A stretch of DNA of 61,901 bases, the filler included. It is 4 parts of 4 records of this genome, joined end to end, with 100 filler letters (N's around TTAATTAATTAA, not from the genome) between each part and the next. Parts side by side here need not be neighbours in the genome. Positions count along the whole stretch, not along the records: positions 38,922 to 55,116 come from SRR20825019_696; positions 55,217 to 61,901 come from SRR20825019_728; 2 more parts are not named here. The stretch is one strand, 5' to 3'. The translations under genes were made by a program, and so were the position numbers. Positions within the stretch are counted from its first letter, which is position 1. Every line of letters starts with the position of its first letter. Under the pieces are notes generated by a model. It made no database searches and had not been told where the DNA came from. It was given only the letters and a program-made list of their open reading frames with translations. Shown in pieces: positions 51,548-61,901 of the stretch.

Positions 51548-54408
51548 ATGGAGCGGGATTCAACGCCTTCCATGGATATACCAGCGCGGAGCGCTTCGAT
51601 ATACATACCCCTGAACCAAGCTGACGAGGCTTTCAGCGGCGACATGTCTTTCAGCCCCGGATGGGAATGTGGCTTCAACCTGGGGCGGTCTCCACCAAGA
51701 AAACTGCAGAGAATGCGGCACAGTGTATGTCTGTAGTGATCATGCTTGGAGACAGGTTCTAACCAACTGTTTAGCTGCCTGAAGACCCTGAAGCGAAGAA
51801 GGAGCTAATCACGAGTGCTCTCAGTGCGGCTGAAGCGAAGCGAGGTGCCATCCTTAGGGCGCAGCGAGAACGAACACTCTCAGCCTTTCAAAGGGCAAAG
51901 GAGGTTGCATCAAAAGTGAAGCAGGACACAAGGCGCGATGAAGCCAGATTGAAGGAGAACCTCCAAGCACACATGGAGCAGGCGGAGATGCGACGACAGC
52001 GGAATCTTGAGGCCAAGCGCTGCAGAGCTATTGAGCATCTGACTCATGTGAAGACTGTGCACACTAGAGTGAAGGCCACTCGCTCCCTGAAATCCCCTGA
52101 GCGGGAGCGCGCATTGGGTCAACAGGGCTGTCTGCAGACTTCACGGAGGTCCCGCCAAGCCTTCAAGATTCAGAGCTGGTGGCGCAGGACGCAAATGAAG
52201 AAGGCTGCGAATCGCGTCGCCGGGTTCCGTCGGCACGGGCTCAGTGCTGACACGGTGTCGACGATGTCATTCGAAGACCTTGTGCCTAAAATGAGGAGCA
52301 AGAATGTGCTCATGGACTGTTCTCTGCTGCTACGTCGCATCGAAGTCATTTTCAAGCGCAAGAAGAATCTGATGCACTACCTCGAAAGGACCGGATCCCT
52401 CCTGGGACGGCTGAAATGCCCTGTCTCTAAGCTGGGCCATTTCCCTCCTCGTATCTTTTTGTCTTCGCTAATGATGGTCGGAGATCCCGATTCCATATTT
52501 ACGGAAGGCGGGACTTCCCGTGCTGAGCGTGACCTCGCATCCGCTGCTGAAGATATGTTGCGCGCGTTCGATGCGTTCTGTGATGTTGTGAAGAGCAACC
52601 CCGACCCGCAAACAAGTACCCGGGGCGACATCTTTGCTGCGGCCTGGAAGAATTATCTCCACTTCTTCCTTGAATGGAAAGAGCCTGACGCCCAAGGACT
52701 TGCTCAAGAATTGGTTGGGTCTTATGTGGACATGCACCAGTTAAAATTGCGAGTGCTCTCCAACGAATCCCGCCGCAACTCTGGCGACAAAGGCACGCAG
52801 GAGGCTCTGGAACATGACAAGCGCATTTGGACACAAGAAATCGATCAATCATTGAAGACCTTACATTCCCACATTATGCGGCTGTGCCCCGGCAATGGAG
52901 ACGAACTCATTGAAGAGGCCATGCGCCGTCTAGACGATGGAAGGAGATCCACGGCGCAAGGACAGAGTCGGGAGGAAACGCAGGAAGAGCGTACCACACC
53001 ATTGGCGACTGATGTTGGTTCGTTTGACAATGCCGAAACTGGACATGCTCTCAGCGGAATAGATGAAACCCTGGCTCATGAGCTTATGTTCGACCCTGAA
53101 CTGACCGTGGATGGACCCGGTGCCAGATCAACATGGAGAGAATCTACCAGCAACAACAGGGCAACGGCTAAGCAGTTCAGTGATCGTGTCCAACAGATTG
53201 CAAAGCAAGCGTTTTGGGATGTGATGACCGAGGAACTCCAGAAGTCACCTCCCTTGTATGAGCGCGCCCTCTGCGCTCTGGCTGACATCAAGGATGTGAT
53301 TTGCAACCTCACCCCAAACAGGCCCGATAGAGCTGCGATGCTGAACGAGGTTCTTGATATTGATCTCTTCCGTCAACAAGCCGCAAATGGCGCGATTGAC
53401 GAAGCGGATGTGAAGCGCATTGCTTCTTTCCTTGTTGAAAAGGTCTTGGAACTTCAGGCCCCCGTTCGGAACGAGAAGACCTGCGCGTGGCTTGCAGCAT
53501 TCAGGGATATGAACGGTCCGATCAGTGTTCTCTTGCCCAAGGCTTTATCCTTCATCCTCGATTCACTGGAGGAGATCAAGAAGGACTTGGTCAATGCCGA
53601 ATTGCGTGTTCTCGCCGCACAGGTGAAGGAGCACGGTGTCGAATATGAGAGGAAGCGCTTCGCGGGCGCCTTGGAGGCTGGAAAGATAGGGCTGGAGGAG
53701 ACGAGCAAGTGGATCCAAGCCACGCTGCGTGACGACACTAGCCTCGCCCACCGCGTGCGACGTGGAAGTGCAGACGCGTTCATCGCGGCTCACAGGAATG
53801 CCATGGTGCGCCTTGTGACATCTTCGACATCTGTTGCGGCATCCTGTCCCGAGACTTTGAGGATGGATGTAGGAAGAATCCACTATTGCCAAAACGAGGT
53901 TCAGCGCATTGCTTTGCTCATGGTGTCCTTGACCATATTCCGGCAGGTCCTAGCGCAGCACAACGTGCGAGCCTCTGATGCAGAACTAGAGGGACTTCTG
54001 GCTGCAATGGAGTGCCTTTTGAAGGACGAGAAGTGCGGTGTCGCTGATATCCACGCGGTGACCCTGAAGCATGCACGCACTGTCTTTGAATCCCAGGAGG
54101 CATCTCCAAAGATGCCTGAGGAGGCCGAAGTGTTCCTTCAGTCGATGATGTTGAAAGCCCTCGCCGCGGACGATCCCATCTTTGTCGTCCTAGTGAAGAG
54201 GATAGCAACTGTGCTCAAGCAGTGCCTCGTGGCTGATGAGTGGAGTCCTCGGGTCTGTGGTCAGTCTGGACTGGAGAAGGTCTCTGGTCTTTTGCAAGAA
54301 CTCTTCCACAAGTTAAGGAATCTGGCCATCATTAACCACAAGGTTCATGTGGATGTATATAACAAAATTATGGTAGCCGCAGTCACCGCGCGCCGACCAT
54401 CCGAGTGA
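51548..54408 (+). CDS. T-complex protein 11 (TCP11/SOK1) family protein
   Basis: Intron 51725-51774 joins the frames; AKQAFWD, LDIDLFRQQ, APVRNE, DLVNAELR, VEYERKRF, PETLRMD. Confidence 0.85.
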
Positions 54409-54579
54409 AGAAGCGTGCCACGCTTGTTCAAAGTCAAGTGGACGATTTCAAGGCCATATGCGCGGAGGCCTGTTGTTAGTCGTGTTGATGGCAAGCCATT
54501 GTAGATATCGCAATCAGTGTTGGAGATACAACCCTTACATAAACCATAAGATTTTTTGTGTGGACTAACAGGAAACAGT

Positions 54580-55116
54580 TTACTTCATGTAGTTGCCGAT
54601 CTGGTACAAGGTCTCAATGCCGTGGAGCTCACGAATCTTCTCGAGGTTACCGGGCTCGCCAGCAAGACGGGCCATGGCGATAGCGGAGTTCTTCATACCC
54701 TCGCCTCCTCGCTTCTCCCTCAACACATGAAGCAACGGTTCAATGGCAGGACGCAGAGTCACCTTGTTGGCGTCAACATGTGCCAGGTTGGCAATGCAAA
54801 GAGCCGAGTTTGCGAGAAGGTGCTCATTTGTGAGAGAGAGAAGAGATGTGAACGACAGCATGCCCTCCTTAGACATTGCTGTTCTCGACTTTTCATCGCG
54901 GAGCAGGCACTGGGCAAGGGCGCGCACAGCCTGCTCCTTCGAAGCGTCAGTAGCGGACTTGCTGCGACATACTGCCTCCAAGGCCGGAATGTGCTTTCCC
55001 TCGCGGATACTGACTGCAAAAGGTGTGTGGCGCGCACACCGCGCAATCAGTGTTGATGCACGTGTGACGATAATACTGTCCTTATCCTCCTTCACCAACT
55101 TCACCAAATCATCCAG
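54580..55116 (-). CDS. Armadillo-repeat C-terminus, TTC12-like (5' truncated by the contig end)
   Basis: LLANSALCIANL...KNSAIAMARLA...IRELHGIETL resembles the TTC12 C-terminal ARM repeats as I recall them. Confidence 0.65.
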   Translation of the reverse strand: MDDLVKLVKEDKDSIIVTRASTLIARCARHTPFAVSIREGKHIPALEAVCRSKSATDASKEQAVRALAQCLLRDEKSRTAMSKEGMLSFTSLLSLTNEHLLANSALCIANLAHVDANKVTLRPAIEPLLHVLREKRGGEGMKNSAIAMARLAGEPGNLEKIRELHGIETLYQIGNYMK

Positions 55117-55216
55117 NNNNNNNNNNNNNNNNNNNNNNNNNNNNNNNNNNNNNNNNNNNNTTAATTAATTAANNNNNNNNNNNNNNNNNNNNNNNNNNNN
55201 NNNNNNNNNNNNNNNN
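55117..55216. other. Artificial contig linker
   Basis: 44N-TTAATTAATTAA-44N. Confidence 0.99.
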
Positions 55217-55585
55217 CCCCCCCCCCCCCCCCCCCCCCCCGCCGAAGCCGGCGGTGTCGCCGGAGTCCTGGTGGGCCAGGCTGGCGAGAAGCCAACCGGA
55301 CAGCGTGCAAAAAAAAATTGGGCCACCCCGCCGGTCAGGGCCACGCGGCTCGCGAGCCGTGTGAGCCATGTCTATGCAGACTGGTCCACAGCAAACCCCC
55401 TCCGCCCCTTCCCCTGGCCACGGCCCAAGAGCGGCCAGTTTCGTGACCGGTGTTGTTCCTCTCCAGAGACTCGCCGATACCGGCTACAACAAGGCCTCTC
55501 ACACTAGAACATGAGTCAATATAAGTCAGAAAGGTTAGCAATTTGTAGCCAAGAAGTTCGTTTTCTAACCCTAACGCCCAACAGA

Positions 55586-56557
55586 ATGGAACCCACGGCA
55601 ACGACGGCAACCCCTGCGACGTTGTGCAACCCCGGGCGCTTCATCGCGGAAAACTATGACGCGGTTCTGTTGGACCAGTACGGGGTGGTGCACGACGGGG
55701 ACAAGGCGTACCCCGGGGCGAACGAGTGCCTCCTGCGGCTGTGCGAGGCGACCAAGGTGTACATGCTGTCCAACAGCACCAAGCGGCAGGCCGGTGTGCT
55801 GAAGGGTCTGGAGTCAAGGGCGCTGGACGGGTCCCGCCTGGCGGGCATCGTGACGTCGGGCGACATCGTGCACGACGCGTTCTCGAACGAGACCGACTTT
55901 GTACGGGAAAAGTACGCGGGCAAGCGGTGCTACGCACTGGAGAACTCGGACGGGGAAATCCACGGCTGGTCGCCACCGCTGGCGGGGTTTTGCGAGGACG
56001 TGCGAGACGCCGATTTTATTCTTGCCATGGGAGTGACGCACCTGTGCCTCCCGGGCGGCGGCTCGAGGGAGCTCGAGGGCGAGTTCCCGTCGCCCGAACT
56101 GGCGGAGGCAATGGCGGAGGCCGGGAAGAGGGGCCTTCCGATGCTGTGCGGAAACCCGGACTTTGCGTCCCCGCCGCGGGCCGACGGCACGCCGGGCCCC
56201 GTGACGCCCGGGTCCCTGGCGCGGCTCTACGAGCAGGAGCACGGCGGCCGGGTGGACTATGTGGGCAAGCCCTACCCCATGGTGTACGACATTGCGCTGG
56301 AGCGGCTGCGCCGGGAGCACGGCATCACGGACCCCTCGAGGGTGTGCATGGTCGGGGACAGCCTGCACCACGACGCCCAGGGCGCCGCGCGGGCGGGGAT
56401 AGACTGCGTGTGGATCCTGGGGGGCATCAACGCCGCGGAGCTGGGCATCCCCGCAGGAGTCCACGGCACGTATCCCGACCCCGGCCGGGTCGACGCGTGC
56501 GTCGCGGCCAACGGTGGGTTCCGCCCGCGGTACATGTCCCCGGGCTTCGTGTGGTGA
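55586..56557 (+). CDS. HAD-superfamily subfamily IIA hydrolase
   Basis: LLDQYGVVHDG, LSNS, CGNPD, VGKP, MVGDSLHHD. Confidence 0.9.
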   Translation: MEPTATTATPATLCNPGRFIAENYDAVLLDQYGVVHDGDKAYPGANECLLRLCEATKVYMLSNSTKRQAGVLKGLESRALDGSRLAGIVTSGDIVHDAFSNETDFVREKYAGKRCYALENSDGEIHGWSPPLAGFCEDVRDADFILAMGVTHLCLPGGGSRELEGEFPSPELAEAMAEAGKRGLPMLCGNPDFASPPRADGTPGPVTPGSLARLYEQEHGGRVDYVGKPYPMVYDIALERLRREHGITDPSRVCMVGDSLHHDAQGAARAGIDCVWILGGINAAELGIPAGVHGTYPDPGRVDACVAANGGFRPRYMSPGFVW

Positions 56558-56574
56558 CCGCGCGGGCTGGCTCC

Positions 56575-59522
56575 TCAGGTTATCATGGGCCCGCACATAT
56601 CCCGGGTCCACTGGCGTAGTTTGGGCAGCATCAGGAGGCCCTCGATGGCGCGCTGCTGCTGGATTTGGCGGTTCTTCCAGACCTGCTTGAACGTCTTGCG
56701 CGTGGTGGACGTAAATATGTGGACGCCAACCTGGTGGTCGTCTTTCCATGGGCCCTCGGTGACGGACTTGTTGGGCCAGGAGAGGACGCCGTGACCCGAC
56801 CTCACGCCGCGCTCCCACTGGCCCTTGTAGACCTCCCCGCGCAGGTAACGCCGCACGCCGTACCCGTGGGGGCGATCGTCCTTCCACTCGCCCTCGTACG
56901 AGACACCATTGGGGAGGGTGAACTCGCCCGTCCCGCTGCGCTTGTCCTCTCGCCATTCGCCGACATACTCGCCGCCGCTTGAGTAGGTCCTCCGGCCCGA
57001 GCCGTGGGCCGCGCCCATGTCGAATTGGCCCGTGTATTTGGTGCCGTCGGCGTAGAACATGGTGCCGGGGCCGTGGGGCTGGCCGTCGAGGTGGTTGCCC
57101 ACGTACCGCGTCCCGGAGGTAAAGTGGTAGGTCCCCAGCCCCGTCCGGCGGCCCATCATGTAGCTTCCCTCGTAGACGTCGCCATTGGTGTACTGGTACT
57201 GTCCCTTGCCGTGCGGGAACCCGTTGACAAAAAAACCCGTATACATCCCGCCATCAGGCGTGGTGAACATGCCCTGTCCGTGAGGCTCCATCAGCCACGT
57301 GTCGCCAAAGTAAACGTACTCGCCCGGCACGGCAATGTCACGGGAGGGCGCCACGCCCTTGGACATCTCCTTGGCGATCTTGTTGGCGAGCGACCCGGAC
57401 CGCCCCGCCCGCGGCGCCCCGCCCGCGGCGAGACCTTCGCCGGCGCGCCCGCCCCCGTTCTCGGCGGCATCATGGCCCGCCCACCTCATGGCCGCCTCCA
57501 TGCTGACCTCCCGCCCCGCGGCCTTCCCGTGGGAGGAGACCCCGGCCGCGGCCCTGAGCGACCTCTGGCGGTCCATCTCTTCGAGCTCCCGCTTGCTTTT
57601 GAAGGAAAAATTCTTGTACCGGTGGGTCAGCCTGGGCAGGACCAGGACCACCCTCTCATTGCCCGTCGACATGGTCGAGATTTTCATCGCGACACCCTTT
57701 TCCCACTCGCCGACGTAGGCGTCCCCGCTCGCCGCCACGTACGTGCCCCGGCCGTGCATGAGGCCGTGGTTCCACAGGCCGTCGAACAGGTCGCCACAGG
57801 CAAAGAGGCAGGTGCCGATTCCCCACGGCCTGTCGTCCTGCCACTGGCCCTCGTACTCCGCCCCCGACGCGAACTTGGCGAAGCCGCGGCCCTGGGCCTT
57901 GCCGTCCTTGAAGTCCCCTTCGTACATCTTGCCGTCGGGGTACTGCGCGTAGCCCGAGCCGTTGATGATCCCATCCACGAAATCGCCCTCGTAGAGCGTT
58001 CCGTCGTCGAAAACCATGCTCCCTATGCCGTGCGGCTTGCCGAGGCGCGTTGGGCCCGTGTACTTGCCGTTGGCCACGTCCAGAGTCGGCGCAAACTCCT
58101 TGAGCCTGCGCCTCAGCGCGCCCAGGGAGAACAGCTCCCCGAATACATTGTAGATCTTCTCGAGCTCAAGCTCGTTCTCCTTGTTGACGTCCTCCACCGA
58201 CCACAGCACGCTCAGATCGTCGTCCGTGAACCACTGGGCCATCTCGTACCCCATCAGCTCCGAGAATGCCCGCACCTCCTCCTGGCGCAGGATCTCCCGG
58301 CCATCCTCCTGCGTGAACACCTTGAACATGGTGCGCACCATGTCCTTGAGGTCCGGCGCAAGCGACTTTTTTGGGATGTCGATCACAAGGTTCACCTCGC
58401 TCGAGTTGCGGGCCATGTGGTAGTCCCGGCGCTTGACCTTCATCTTGAGGTTGTGGACGTGCGTGCGGAAGCTGCTGGAGCTACGGAGGGACATAACCGT
58501 CACCTCCGTCTGGTTGCTGATCTGCGACGAGATCGAGTCCTGGCGGCGGACTTCCATGGGGTGGTCCCCCAGCCCCTCCTCGGGCCCGCCCAGCCGTCGA
58601 GAGTGCGTGGAGTCCACCGACTCCCGCCGCCGGCTTGACCTCCGGCCCGTCATCTGCGGGGGCGGGTGGTGCATCAAGTCGTACTCGGAGGGAGAGAGCA
58701 GGCTAGGGGCGTCGGAGGCCGCCACGCTCATCCCTGACGGGCGGCCTCCCGCCGCCATGTCCCGGATCCTGGCACCCATATCCGAGGGGTTTCCCACAGG
58801 CTCCTCCACCCGCGGCTGACCCACAGTGATGCTGTAACGGGATGGCTCCTTCGAACCGCTCATACGCCAGGCCTTGGGGGGCGCCGCGCCCTTGCGGGGG
58901 TTCCTGGGAGGCTGGGAAAACTCGTCAGCGGGCCGTCCATTCCTCCGCACGTGCACTCACCACAATGCGATGCTTCAGCGGGAGCCGAACGTCCCGGGAC
59001 TCGTCCTTTTCTGCGGGCCCAGCCTCTTCATCGGCGCGCCGCTCCTCTAAGACCTCCTTCCTCGGCATGGACGGGGACGAGGGTCGCTCCCACACCCTGG
59101 GCCGGGCCGCGGCCGCCGCTGTGTGTGGCTTGGGTGCGAGAAAGGGCGAAGGCCCCGGCGGCCCGCCAACCTGGGGGACCGCTCCCCCCGAGTCCTCCGA
59201 GAGCAGGCGCGGCGGAAACTCGGCAAGGAGCGCGTCCGCCACCAAGTCTTCCGGCGGGGCCGCCGTTTTCGCGTCCTCCGGCTCGTTCCATCTGCGCCGG
59301 GTCGGCCAGGTCAGCCGCCGTCGGACCCAAGCCTGATCACACACACAAACACACACGCACGTACCTGGGGGTCATATACGGCCAGGCGAGGTCGCGGTTA
59401 CGGAGCCGGAACCGGGCCTTGATTCCGCCCCCATCGCCGTCCTCCTCGTCCTCGGGCTTCTTAGGAGACGGCGTCGCCATGACGGTGGGAAGCCTTTGCG
59501 GCTTGCGCGGCGTTTGCGGCAT
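56575..59522 (-). CDS. MORN repeat protein (three exons)
   Basis: Introns 59292-59364 and 58912-58960 (GT-AG, GCTGAC branch sites) keep the frame; two arrays of YEGxW/FxxGxxxGxG repeats. Confidence 0.85.
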
Positions 59523-60520
59523 CTTGTCGGGGTCGCCCAAACCCCACAACCCTTTCGAAACCACTGGCAAGCCGGCTAGGAGAGTTATTTGTATCTGACG
59601 GGCGGGTCGTCCGGGTGCCAGCGTGGGCCCAGCCAGCACGGCGTGGTCGGCCGTAGCTTGAGCAGATCAGGAGCTTCACGCAGAAGGTACGGGCTGGCGG
59701 GACAGCTCGATGGCCGGGGTGCGGTCGGACCGGGCGGGACTGCGGCGCTGAGCCCCGACAGCCGGGCAGGCACGGCTGGGGCGCGTAGCGAGTCCGGCTG
59801 ATGATGGTGAACCACCGGACGGCGGGACGCGGGAGTGGCCCCGTGGCCGGCGCGGCGGGCCGGACACGGTCGCGAGCCGGCCCGGCCGGGAGCGGCGGCC
59901 GGTCGGGACGCATACTGATGATGAGTCAGTGCCCCCCGCCTGATAAGGCGGCTCCGCGGACGGGTGGGCGTGCAGGCGTTACGGCTGAAGTGAAGTGAGC
60001 CAGTGACGACGGTAAAAGGGAATTAAAGACTCCTAACAATGACTCTAGATGACCACTGTCAGCCGCCCGTCCACCACCGGCCGCTCCCGCCGGAGCGCCG
60101 AGAGTCTCAAGTCGGGCAGCCGGCTGACGCAGCGCGAGGCCCCCGCAGTCCGCGAGGCCGGCCGTCGGGCGCCCCGCCGCCGGCGCCGGGACGCCGCCCC
60201 CTGTGCTTCGAACGCAGACCGGCGCAGCAGGCGCCGCACCTCTTCGGCCCGTCAGCCATGGGCGGCCGGCCGCGCGGCTCGTGCCAGAGTTGACGCCTGC
60301 GCCGCGTCCATGGGACGCAGCGCGCCAACAAGACGGGTAAACCGCGCCAGCGACAACAGCCTGGTGCGCCGTCCAACTAGTCGGGACGCTCCAGACAACG
60401 CCATGCACCGCACGCCGCTAAGTCAACTACAGTAGTTAACCCCACACAAAATAAGTACCATTCTATCGACACTCATGCAGACTGACACTACCCGCCCGTG
60501 CTGCCGCGAGATCAACGCAT

Positions 60521-61797
60521 ATGGCCTCGAGGCATCCCGGCGTCCTCCGCCGTAGTTCCTCTGGATCTGACGTGACGCGGCGCACACCCGAACGCTATCT
60601 CAGGCGGAACAACTCCGACTCGGGCCTTTCCCCGGGCGACTTTGAGCACCGCGACCACCCACAAATGAGCAGGCACGTTCGCTTCACGAGCAGCGACGAC
60701 GAAGAAGCCGCGGCCGTCAACCTTCTCTCCGGCGGTGACCTGGAAATGCAAGAGCTGCGGGGCCGCTCAGACGAGGATGGAACCCCGGACGGTGACCCGC
60801 CCGCCCCCGAGATCAGGCACATGCTCACGTCGTAAGTTCAAGTGTTTCTTGGGTGGGCAAGCGTAACTCCGAACTAACCCTGCGTCGCAGTCCCGGCGCC
60901 GTTGTCTACGGCGCATGGTCGCGCCATCGCCTCGGGCTGCGGATCGCGAGCCCGCACTACTCCTGGGACCAGGAAAGGTGCTTCGCGGCCTCCCCACTCG
61001 GGATGCTCCCGCAGACCCTCCATGCCGTGATCTTCTGCCACCTCCAGGAATCCTTCATGGCGGATGGAGAGGACGTGGCGTGGCGCCGCACCCTTGTGAG
61101 CTTGTGCTGCGTGTGCTCACCCTGGCGCGATCTCCTCGGCACGCTGTCCGGGCTCCGGGGCCCTTACGCCCAGAGTTTCCCTGAAGACGTGCGGCGGTAC
61201 CTCCGGGATATGCCGACCGAGCGCCGGGAGTTTGTGCTTGACAACTTCTCGTCTGACACGGGCAGCCGGCACACACCCGCGCCCGATGTGTTTGATGACA
61301 TTGTCAGGTACCGGATGGCGGCGCAGCTCATGTCGCCTTCGGGCAAAGGCTACGTGGGCTTAGCCTTCTGGAAGCCAGATGGCTGGCGCGACCTTGTGTG
61401 CGCGCATGATTGCGACGACATCGAGGAGGAGGGGCATATCGGCCGCCATGGTGACGTCCAGATTCTGAGCGGCTTTGCGGAGCAGTATCGCGAGTGGGTG
61501 GCGTGCGCACTATTGTTGAGCGTGCCGGAGTTCCTTCCGATCCATAACCCTCGGAACCTTCGGGCCACGGTCAGGAAGGATGCCGACGACGAGAGGCGCC
61601 GTGAGGAGCGGCGGCAGAGGGAGTACCTTGCCAAGCGACAGGCACGGATCGAGGCGGAAGTGGCGGCCCGCGACTTCAACAGCCACGCTGGGAAGTGCAT
61701 GTCTTGCTTGATGTGTCTGATGGTGACGGGCTGTGCGCTGCTGGTGTGTTATGTCACTGTCGCCGCGGCGCTAATGATTTACTTCATTATGGGCTGA
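60521..61797 (+). CDS. F-box-like protein with C-terminal transmembrane helix (two exons, ~405 aa)
   Basis: Intron 60832-60890 (GTAAGT...ACTAAC...GCAG) keeps the frame; LGMLPQTLHAVIFCHL...SLCCVCSPWRDL; hydrophobic C-terminus. Confidence 0.6.
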
Positions 61798-61901
61798 GGC
61801 GCAGGGGCCGCCACGATTCGGTACGCGTGACGCGCGTGTCCTGATATTACCTCAGCCGCTCCTTCAGTTCGCGCAGCTGTGCAGACTGGGCCTTGATCGC
61901 G

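Noticed and set aside
55565-55576. CTAACCCTAACG telomere-like repeat
   Set aside because: Under two units and internal; fits an intron branch point before AACAG.

Overview
The window is four unrelated contigs joined by artificial 100-nt linkers (44N-TTAATTAATTAA-44N at 29808-29907, 38822-38921, 55117-55216). Contig A (1-29807) is a high-GC Hyphomicrobiales chromosome segment (Devosia-like by my impression). It carries gltB (5' part), dps, an arsR / DUF6428 / arsK-like module, and ibpA with an RpoH promoter and ROSE thermometer. It continues with the conserved lysophospholipase-hisN-MmgR-NFG amidohydrolase-cpdR-tRNA-Val block, msrB, hyi, hrpB, a HerA-like ATPase, ABC and sugar-acid genes, brnTA and a PreP-type M16C peptidase. 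Contigs B-D are eukaryotic, with short GT-AG introns. Contig B (29908-38821) holds the most interesting element: five ORFs that splice, via four canonical 56-61 nt introns, into one ~2429-aa protein. That protein has an intact-looking RAG1/Transib/CMC-type DDE transposase core. It is followed by a convergent ORF fragment and a CACTGTAAAA-started, CATG-rich repeat block. Contig C encodes an IQ/ankyrin protein, DNA polymerase zeta (REV3), a TCP11-family protein and a TTC12-like C-terminus. Contig D encodes a HAD-IIA hydrolase, a MORN-repeat protein and a tail-anchored F-box-like protein. All family calls are from motif recognition by eye; no database searches were run.
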